Positions 54,286 through 64,000 of a stretch of 64,000 nt of DNA are shown piece by piece; the first letter of the stretch is position 1, and each line of letters opens with the position of its first letter. Position numbers and translations under genes: made by a program. Under the pieces are notes generated by a model, which saw only the letters and a list, made by a program, of their open reading frames with translations, did not search any database and was not told the DNA's origin. This stretch comes from Octopus vulgaris (lineage: Eukaryota): positions 53,258,001 to 53,322,000 of the forward strand of contig OX597825.1 in NCBI GenBank assembly GCA_951406725.2, written 5' to 3'.

Positions 54286-55515
54286 CATACATACATTCAT
54301 ACATACATACATGCATACATATGTGTGTAGTGTGTGTACTGCGTTTTGTTATGTTGAGATGATTACTGTAGACAGTTTCTAGGTTTTATGAACATCGGTG
54401 GAAGATTACACCCACAATTAGATGCTCCAGTCCCAATACATCTCCATTGAAAGAATCAGTTACAATACACACATGACTAGGTTTCGTTTTTTTCAACAAT
54501 GTCTCTGTTTATTTAAACCAGACGGGTGAAAATTGTATTTTTGATCGCTAAATTTCTATTTATTTTAGTATTTTATTAGAGTTTCGTTCAATTTAGAAAG
54601 ATAGCTTACAAAGTATGGCCTAATAGACTGTTTTTCTTTTCTATGTGGCTTTATTTTAGAAATATTTGATTTAGGTATCAGGGTCCATTATTTTTTTAAA
54701 ACGAACTGCCCTAACTGTTCCTGTTGTTTTCTCTTGTGTTGCCGTTCTGGTTGTTATTTAATCCAAGTCGTTCTTAATCGGTTCGGACCATGAGAAAGTG
54801 TTTTCTATCTACAATCACCTCATCTTTTGTTCAAGTCAAGAAGACGCCAGACTACATTTTGCAATACATTCCCCTTTGTGTGAGCCATATACCATCTAGT
54901 TTTAGTGAAAATTGATGGCTATTTGTATTGGTTCAAACTGTTTCTTAGACCTGCCTTGTACAAACTAAGCTAACGGCAATGTCTGGGCAGACATTTTGCT
55001 CGGATGAAGTATTTTATTAGAATATATTGTTCAATCTGTACATTAATTCATCACTTTCTTCGTTTGTAGCTTCAATCATTTGGTTGAGCACCAGTACGTG
55101 ATTGGTTTAAACAGCTTACTGAGCTGATTTTTCTTCTCTTGAGGATGACCGCTACAGTCTGAAGACCTCCAGTGTTTAGCTTCACTAAGATTCGTTTTGT
55201 AGATTCGGAATTTTTAGTAGAATATCCTAGAGAATGTATTTAGTGCAGTCTGTAAATTACAGTTCATTTCTGGTATTTCATTGGGAGGGAATTCATGCCA
55301 CAGATTTAAAAGATTTACATGTATATATATATATCACGTGAATGTACACGAATGTACGTTCTTTGCTAGAAATAGTAGCTGATAAGTTATCGGTGGTATG
55401 TAGGGATTCGGTGAATGTTTAAGAGGCAGATATGTTTCCGGGCGGTGAATATAGGAGAATTCTGTCTTACCTCTACGAAGACCCTGATGGATAAACCAAG
55501 TCTGCATATATAGAC

Positions 55516-55580
<65 letters not shown>

Positions 55581-55583
<3 letters not shown>

Positions 55584-57203
55584 TGGCGCCATTTCATTTA
55601 AAAATGCTAATATACTAATGTTAAAATGGCATTTTTTTATATATTCAAGTTGTAAATTATGAATTACGATATATATCAAATCAAAGAAAATTTTAGCACC
55701 TTCAATATAATATATAACTTTACAGAATAACATCACCATATTAATTTTAAATCAAAAGTAAATATTAATTATCGTAATTTATAGCGCCATTTAATTCAAG
55801 AACGATTTGTAAAATTTCATTTTGTTTTCTGTTTTAAAAAGTTTATTTTGAGATCAAGAAGAAAGAGATAACAATAAGCCCACACAATCAATATTTGTTT
55901 GGGTATCCAAATACAGCTTTGCATCTGTGAAACGTAGTATAGTTCATATCATTTATCACTGTTTCTGAGGGTTTTTCCCCAATTTTGGCTAATAAAGTTT
56001 TAAAAAATTATCCTTAGTCTTTGCCTCAGCTCTACCCAACTTTCCCAAAGATTTTTGATGGGATTTAGGTCAGGCGACTGCCCCGTCAACTGCATCAACC
56101 GTACTCTCTTATACCTAATGTAATCTCTGATGAGGTAGGAGATGTGTTTCAGGTCGTTGTCATGCTGGAAAGTTCAAGCTCGGCCCAAATTGTTTCAGGC
56201 GTATGGAAGCATAGTCTTATCCAATATTTCTAGATAGCACTTTCTATCCATAATACTCTTGATTCGGATTATAGGACCGACGCTCATTCCAGACATGCAC
56301 CCCCACATCATCACACACCTACCACCGTGCTTAATTGTAGGTCGGATGCATTCTAGATGATATTCTTCACCTATACGTCTTCTTAAATAGTTCCTGCCAT
56401 CACTGCCGAACAGGTTGACTCGTCCGATCTCAACACATTCGATCTATCTGCTGGACTCCAATTCAAATGCTCTTTTGCGAACTTGTATTCGAGCGCGTCG
56501 AATTTTTAAAGAAATGTATAGCTTTTTGGGAGAGATTCCTCCTAGAAGTCCAAATTTTTTGAGACGGTTTTAATGGTGGGCACTCCAATGATAAGTCCAT
56601 ATTTTTGCCGAACTTCTATTAAAATGTCAACAGTGGTCATATTTGATTTTTTTTAGCGACAGCCTATGATTGCCTCGATCCATTCTTGTTTTCTTGGTTG
56701 CCTTGGTAGAGAGCTCTCTTTAGAATTTGTTTCTTTATAAAGAAGGACAGCATTGAAGACGGCTGTTTCAGAGCATCCGACTTGGTTTGAAATAGCTTTG
56801 TATGACCATTTCAGCCTTACTAAGCTGAAGAACGATCCTCGCTCTGGTTTCTGGTGTTAAGTTTTGTCGTTTAACCATCACAACTATCACAACTAACCCA
56901 TCACAAGTAACTTAAAAATCGTAACAGCATGAAGATTACCCTACCTTTATATTAGTCAATAAGGCAAAAAGATGTAATTTTGGAAATCGATTTAAAATTA
57001 AATGGCGACGTAAATTACGCAGAATAATGTTTATTTTTAATTTTAAATTAATAAGTTGAGGTCACACTGTCAAATTATATACCACATTAAAGCTCCTAAA
57101 ATATTCTTTAATTTGATATACATCTTAATTCACAATTTACAAACCGAATATATTAAGAATACCATCTAACTTTAGTATAGTAGCGTTCTTAAATTAAATG
57201 GCA

Positions 57204-57207
<4 letters not shown>
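55581..57207 (-). mobile_element. Tc1-family transposon with IR-DR-type ~250-bp TIRs; transposase decayed
   Basis: ta|cagtggcgccattt left end; inner DR gcgccatttaattcaagaacg (55784); mirrored 56960-57207; ATG at 56878 (MVKRQNLTPETRARI), NLFGSDGR, TIKHGG..VMMWGCMS, FQHDNDLKH, QSPDLNPI. Confidence 0.92.
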
Positions 57208-57291
<84 letters not shown>

Positions 57292-57599
57292 ATGGCGTCA
57301 TATATATATACACATAAACCCAGTTTGGCAGCGGTGCACCATTGATTCCTATTTTATTGATTCTCTGATATAGGGATTTATTTTTTACTTGATTCATTAC
57401 ACTCCATTAAAACATTTTGTGAATTAACTTTTGTTTATTATGTAAGTGGCGCTCTTCTAGTCCTTTTATTTATATTTTCGATGGATGGACAACAAATTTT
57501 AACCACTTTCTTATTTGAACTGAAGAGAAATCTATGTCTCATATTACGTTAAACTTATTGTTTATGAATTGAATGTGCTAAATAGTCTGATCTACTTTG

Positions 57600-58970
57600 T
57601 AGTTTAGCATTGCCTTGCCTGTTTTATAACCTTTCATTAACGTACTCTCTGCTTTGTGATCCATATAGGATGACATTTGATTAGATGTAAATAAAAGTTA
57701 TATTCATGGGAAGAATTTACCTAAGCTAGGTATCTCTCCATGCAAATCTTCTAGTTATTTCTGATAGATAATTAATCCCAACAGCTTGATCTTCAGCAGA
57801 CATCTTTTTTTACCAACACCGCGCATGAGGCCATTATAACGTCTACATAAACCTCACAGTGACCACTATAGTGTAGCAATTAGCTTTAGTGCTACATCAT
57901 GTATGAAATTATAAATAAACATTCTTGCAGGTTATCTTAGTAGTTGGCCTATTGTATCCATACAATTTGTCTCTCTTTCTTATGTGTAGGAAACTGGTGC
58001 GGTGTTACTGAAAGGATTCATCTGGGAGTTTGGTGTGTTCTATAGATTTCAACTGTTGTTCGGCATAAGTTCGTCAATCATCTAAGCTCAATGAACAAAT
58101 ATGTCTACAAGCATTTTCTTGCCATGAGTATGTTACGGACAGGTCAAATACATTGCATTTCTCTTGCAGTAGATTGTATAGAAAACGAACATTGCTTGTT
58201 CGTCAATTATGTACACAATGTCTTTTTTGGTGACCATTGATAGGATTAATAATAATGATTTCTTTTATTATATCTTTGAAGAAATCGTAACAACATCAAC
58301 AGCAGCAGCAGCAACAACAATAACAATAATAATAATAATTTCATCCAAGGTGCTAAACTAGATACAACACGAATAGAAATGTTGCAGTTGGAAATTCAAA
58401 CTGCTTTTGTATATTGATGGTCTCAACCTATTCACTGTTAACTATAATAAAGACTTGCTTCATACCTTACATATATATACAAGAGGTATTAAATCACATT
58501 AAGCAAATATATACCTTGGCAATTAAAGTAAAATACAGCGATAGAACTACTGATATAATGATATGATAATTGAAAGAGAAGGAAAAGAAAATTAAAACAA
58601 AAAGAAGACATACAATACGAAATACGTAGAAATTAATGACTTTTCAAGAGTACAAAACACTTATGAAATATAAAGGTAGGAAAGAATATTAGATTTAAAT
58701 GAAACCCAAAGGATGAAACAATATGTAGCAATATTCATTTTGTCACTAAGCAGATTAAGAAGCTAATTTAGAAAGTGTAAGCTTTCTAATTCAGGAATTT
58801 ACGACTACAAAGACATAGCAGTCATGCGAATTTAGAGAACTATTATAAGAAATACCAAATATATGTTATAATACTTCCCAGGATAAAATATCTCAAAAGG
58901 GTAAACAATTGCAAATAAATACAAAATATTAGCATGCGCTGGATGCACACGCGGGTCTTCACTTTGCATA
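57600..58970. pseudogene. Highly degenerate R4/Dong-like RT remnants on either side of an (AAC/AAT)n tract
   Basis: Plus strand LLYIDGLNLF (YMDDLKLF-like) at ~58403; minus strand YNRP..ITC and DQL-like motifs at ~57790-57960. Confidence 0.4.
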
Positions 58971-59299
58971 AGATTAATACAACAAAAATATAAAACGGGT
59001 ATCAAGGATATCAAGTTTTAATACTAGATCACAACATTTGTTCCAACGCTTCACACCAGCTTTTAGTTGCTGAGTTTAAATTCATATATTCTTATAGAAG
59101 ATTATTGTTTATAATTATTATATAGTTGAATATTTTTCAGCAACAGCCTTGTTTGAGATCTTCATCGAGAAGTTTAATTCTAGTTGGATTTTTCTAAATT
59201 CTCTGAGTATAAGATGTATATTTCTTTCAACCAATCAAAGCATAAGATACCAGGTGTCGTAAGCATAAGCATATAAGTAATATTACAAATAGTATTATA

Positions 59300-59338
59300 C
59301 TAGCATTATCACCTGTCGTTGCCGGGTCATAGTGCTAG
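59300..59338. repeat. Helitron-like 3' hairpin bounded by CTAG on both strands
   Basis: ctagcattatc-acctgtcgttgccgggt-catagtgctag. Confidence 0.6.
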
Positions 59339-59519
59339 TCCATGTATATATGTGTATATATATGTGTGTACATATTACATGTATATCTATATACATACAT
59401 CTTCACATAAAATACAAAATACAAAGTTATATCGCTAGTGATAACAATACTCAAAATATATAACAGACTGGAATTGTAGGCCCGTTTCTTGCAATTTTGA
59501 TCAATTGTATCTATCTTGT

Positions 59520-59995
59520 CCTCCCTCTTGTACAATCCAGCCCACCTCTACTACTGGGGGGACATTTTTTAATTTTTATCCGGGACGTCCTACGTCCCAG
59601 ATATAAAGGTAAAATAAAATATTTCCACTTTGCAAGGTTTGAGTGGAGTACTCTCTTACACGATCAGTTGACTCGAACCTTGCTTCTATTGTGGTGAATT
59701 TACCGCCTCTGGTTAGATACTTGATATCTTTCATAGTCGCACCAAGACACTTTTCGATGGTGCTTTCCTCCAGGTGTTCAAATCTTTTTTTCTCTACATT
59801 GTATACTTTATAGACAATAGTCTTTTCTTTAATTTAATTTTTTATTTCGTTTGGTGGTGTTATCTTAGATTCACCGTCTTTGTCGGTAATCAATCCGAAA
59901 TAGGTTTGTATTTCTTCCATTTTAAATTTAATGAGTTCGCGCCCGCCGACGGCTGGAGCGAAATTCATTTTTGGACTTTCTTCTATCGAAGGCAT
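59520..59995 (-). pseudogene. L1/Tx1-like LINE ORF1 (gag-like) fragment
   Basis: ..EKTIVYKVYNVEKKRFEHLEESTIEKCL..KYLTRGGKFTTIEARF.. then, after frameshifts, YLGRRTSRIKI and KNVPPVVEVGWIV (RRM-like ORF1 pattern). Confidence 0.55.
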
Positions 59996-60599
59996 CTTAA
60001 CAAAAATGCTTCCGTATAAAGTGAAAATATTGTCAAAATTGAATTGTGTCCCCAAACAGGGACACAATTCAATTTTTAAACAATAACAAAAGCTCCTTCT
60101 CCCAAAGTGGGAGGGTTACGGTTTACAATTACTTAACAAATGTAACACAACAACGTTTCTTTTTCGAGGAGCCAACAAACGTGATAACAATAGTTAAACA
60201 ATGATAATAATAACAACAAACCTTACGGTGAATCAAAAAGCAGTACGCAGTTGAAGCTATAGTCATTTATGTATAAGAAAGAAACCAACAGCAGTACTCA
60301 GTAGAATCGGCTGTTCGAGAAAACAGACATTACATACAGCCAAACTTCATATAGATACTTAATGCTAGCTATTTAGCAGATAATCTAATGCAAAAGCTGT
60401 GGTAAAAGGTGTGTGCACAACTCCATCTGGACTATTCCATTTCTGCACACTAATTTTATTTTTAATTTATTCCCATTCATGTGAAACCACTTATCAAGTC
60501 ATTGATGTAATTTTATACCAGTTGCTATTTTTACTTTTGTTATGTTACGATTATATTATACTTTAGTTTGATTTTAATTATTACTTACTACATATAATT

Positions 60600-60884
60600 C
60601 AATTGTTATTATTATCTCTAATATCTGACATAAAATAGAGAAATGTTTTTGTTTCACTTTTAACACATAATACTGAAATAGTGAAGATATAATATTGCTA
60701 TGGGCTCGCCATAGGCAAGAAGTTGAATATTTTGTTTTGCCCATGAAACTACATGGACCCTAAGTAAGGCATGTGTAAAATTTGAATGACATTGGTTGTG
60801 TAGTTCTCAAGTTTTAGGGACACACACACACACAGACGGGCAGACAGACAGGCAGACAAACATTCTCAGTTTTATATATAGAGA
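60600..60884 (-). mobile_element. Non-autonomous Helitron 5' end
   Basis: Minus strand a|TCTCTATATATAAAACTGAGAATG followed by (GTCT)n, typical of invertebrate non-autonomous Helitrons. Confidence 0.65.
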
Positions 60885-60924
60885 TTATTCTCACACACAC
60901 ACATAAATATATATACAAACAAAT

Positions 60925-61145
60925 ATACGAAGGGATTTGTGTCCTGTCTGTCCCCAACTGCAGCTTGACAACCGGTTTTAGTGTGTCTACGTCAGCGTAA
61001 TTTAGTGATTCGGCAAAACAGATCGAGAGAATAAGTATCATGCTTTAAAAACAAATTACTGGGGTCTATTCATTTAGCTAAAAAAATTTCAGGGTGGTGC
61101 ACCAGCATGGCCTTGTAATGACTGAAACAAATAAACGATAAAAGA
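60925..61145 (+). mobile_element. SINE family B 3' half
   Basis: gcttgacaaccgg..cgtaatttagtgattcggcaaaa..agaataagta..ccagcatggcc..aatgactgaaacaa. Confidence 0.75.
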
Positions 61146-61554
61146 TACAGACATAATTTAACACAAAATCTGAGACAGCAATGGCAAGAGTTTAAAATAT
61201 TATATCTTATTCATAAAAATATGAATGTCTCGACTCATGATAGATATTTTGTGAGTATATAACAAGATCTATAAGTTTGATAATTTTGAGATAACACAGA
61301 GTTCAGTTAGTAAGTGGTAACAAATACTAAGATCTTAACAGGTTAAGTGTCAACTAATATTGAGTAGTCTATTATTTTTTGTCATATCATACTAAAAACA
61401 CAAACACACATATATATACACACACATATGTACACACACATATGTATGTCTATGCTTATAGGTGCATACGTGTATATGTATGTATGTGTGTATATTTGTG
61501 TTTACCATCGTGTTTACCTTTAAATATACAACATATACATATACACTTTCTTTA

Positions 61555-61607
<53 letters not shown>

Positions 61608-61639
61608 GTGTATATGTGTGTGCGTGTATATATACAAAT

Positions 61640-61704
<65 letters not shown>

Positions 61705-62229
61705 GATATACATATACATATATTCGTACATATGTACATATACATACATACGTGTACATGTATCCAACAGTTCCACAGCTAAAATCGTAATCACTCTTCT
61801 AACGGTAGTGATGCTGATGCTGTTGCTGGCGATTATCAGTATCATTGTTTAACATTCACTTTGTTGCATAGGAGTTGTAACAGACTGCTCTGCAATGCAA
61901 CATATTCCCAGTTGGTTTCGTATTATCTCCTTCGTGCAGGAAAAAATCATAAATCATCTTGCTAAAATATAGAACCCAATGGAAATGAATAAGTCCACTG
62001 TCCGTAAGAATGAAATAATCTTGAAGGCTTTGTAAGTTCTGTGCGTCTGATTATGTTTGGAGGACAGTTCTCTGGTGTGCTGATGAAGTATCGTTTTCGT
62101 ATACGAGTTGCATTCCAGAATTTTAAAAACTTTTTCAGGTGAGACATTTATTGAATTCTCAAAAGTACGAAACCATAATCTCCTTCAAATTTGGTTTCTC
62201 TGACTTCAATACTCTTGTTGTTGTGCTCC

Positions 62230-62400
62230 AAAGTGAAGATGTACAAGACCTTGTAACAGCCTCCATCTTCCCAGCGTCTTCAAAACAAGTAACCCTGAGC
62301 TTTGCTTCTGCTTGGGAAACAACTAAAAGTTACAGGGAGCAACGTTTGGACTAAAGGCACGGTGAGGGACAGTTTGGGTGCCTATTTCTCTGAAGTAGTT
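62230..62400 (-). pseudogene. mariner transposase C-terminal remnant
   Basis: VPHRAFSPNVAPCNF*LFPK (HPPYSPDLAPxDFxLFPK motif). Confidence 0.7.
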
Positions 62401-62799
62401 AAACAGTGGGATACAATTGTGACTAGCAGCATTAAGTAGGGTGTGTTGAAAGTGCTATTACAGCCGTCTTATCTAGTCTGGAACAGAGTGTTGGGTGGTC
62501 AGCTTATTAAAAGTGTAGTAATGATATACTAAATTTTCAATAATCTAAGACAGTTACAACTATAGTTATATTTTATGATATGGTTTATACAATATAATGT
62601 ATTTAGCTCCACAAACTTATGCGCTTACTTTAAAGAAAAAGTACCCTATAATATTTAAACGGCATCTGGAGATATCTGCAAAGGACATACGAGACGAATT
62701 ACAGATACTCGGTAACATCTTGTCAAACACCTATGTACATGAGTAGGTTATAATGTCATAGGACATTAAATATATGGGGGTCGATAAAGAAACGGGAAC

Positions 62800-63600
62800 T
62801 GCATTTGATTTGATGCCCTCAGCAAGGTCAGATAACCAGGTAGGAAGGAAAGGTTATTGAAAGGAAGGTGGGTTGGGTTGAGATCTGGAAGTGGAGCACC
62901 ATGCGGTTGAGTTTCCTTCTTCAAACCACCTATGATATATAGCCTACCCCACGCAATCTGCTGAGACAGAAAGTAGTAAATGAGGACAAATATAAATGTG
63001 GAAAAGTTAGCACAGTAAAGCATATTCTATCTTACTGCTCAATGGTGTTGGAAATGTACACATGGAGGCACAATGTGATCTTCAAAATTCTCTATAGTGC
63101 CACCAAGAAGCAGATGGGAGGAACGAATGGTGACAAAGAAGCGCAGAAAGATGGCTGTAAATGGTCTATAACGTTTGTCTGCCAAATTCAAGATAGCTAT
63201 CCTAACCAGACGAAAATTAAGAAATGGGATGTCACATGGGAAGCAGCAACAGAGCTTGTAGGGTCTGAATTCCTCTTTTCAATACCAACAGTGAAGGGGT
63301 TGGATATGTCAATATGGCCTGAGGAACGTAACCTAAGACATCTTGTCGAATTAAAGGTTGCACATAGAGACAATTAAGAAAAGACGATAATATGAGGTGC
63401 TACTGGAAGACAGTATTGAAGCTAGTTGGGGTGCTGTACACTTTCCGGTTCGAATTGAATGTAGGGGTTTTATTGGTACCATACTATGACGGTGGCGTCT
63501 AATCAAATGTTGTCCAATATCGGTAAGCAGACGTCATCTTAAAGAAGACGCAAGCGGCAGATGGCTGAAAAGTGATGATGGAACCTGGCTGGAGAGGCAA
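62800..63600 (+). pseudogene. HERO/NeSL-like RLE non-LTR retrotransposon 3' fragment
   Basis: IWKWSTMRLSFLLQTTYDI*PTPRNL..KCGKVSTVKHILSYCSMVLEMYTWRHNVI..HLVELKVAH..IECRGFIG. Confidence 0.8.
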
Positions 63601-64000
63601 TGATATTAAAATAGACTTGAGGTTGGATACTAGTCAGTCGAAAAAGGATGTGGGGCCTCATATCAGGTTGGGGCCGAGCGACGTAAAGCTGTCGATAGGA
63701 AGGGTTCCCAAACCAAGCGCATTCTCTCCTGATAATCTCTTAAACATCCTGGCATCAGGACTGACTGCACTTGCACTGGTAAGGTGGTTCCAAACTCTTG
63801 TTATTCTACCTTGTATTCTTCTCTCGAATGACTCACATTTTGACCAGATGTCAGATTCTTGCAATTTCTTCAATGTAGATATCTTTAGTAAAACAAAACT
63901 GAACTTTTAGTCATTTTTGCGCTCTAACAATTACATGCCATTGATGGGTCCTCTGAGTTTTCTTCCAAATTCATACACCTACTTCTTCAAAAAAATGTTC

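Noticed and set aside
63572-64000. 112-aa and 71-aa ORFs at the window end
   Set aside because: No recognisable motif; adjacent to the 3' end of the HERO-like element and truncated by the window edge

Overview
AT-rich, microsatellite-saturated eukaryotic DNA. The tRNA-derived SINE families and repeat landscape look like octopus (coleoid cephalopod) DNA; this assignment is inferred, not proven. I can support no host protein-coding exon: nearly all ORF-track entries are translations of (TA)n, (CA)n, (AAT)n or (GAT)n repeats. The window is mostly decayed transposons: L1/Tx1-like LINE pieces, a Helitron Rep/Pif1 helicase remnant, Tigger/pogo, mariner, Tc1 (IR-DR) and MULE remnants, several R4/Dong-like and one HERO-like RLE retrotransposon fragments, many SINEs, and one young 5'-truncated RTE LINE with an intact 395-aa ORF and a 14-bp TSD. 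The most notable signal is a set of non-coding, (TA)n-embedded palindromic elements whose two arms each carry an outward-facing type I hammerhead ribozyme motif. At 14.36-15.69 kb the motif has an unusually long stem II (~85 nt); at 33.8-34.26 kb it has a CCGAUGA core variant. A degenerate forward/inverted/forward relative lies at 7.5-8.5 kb. These resemble Penelope-like pLTRs or retrozymes. Identities and boundaries were judged by eye.
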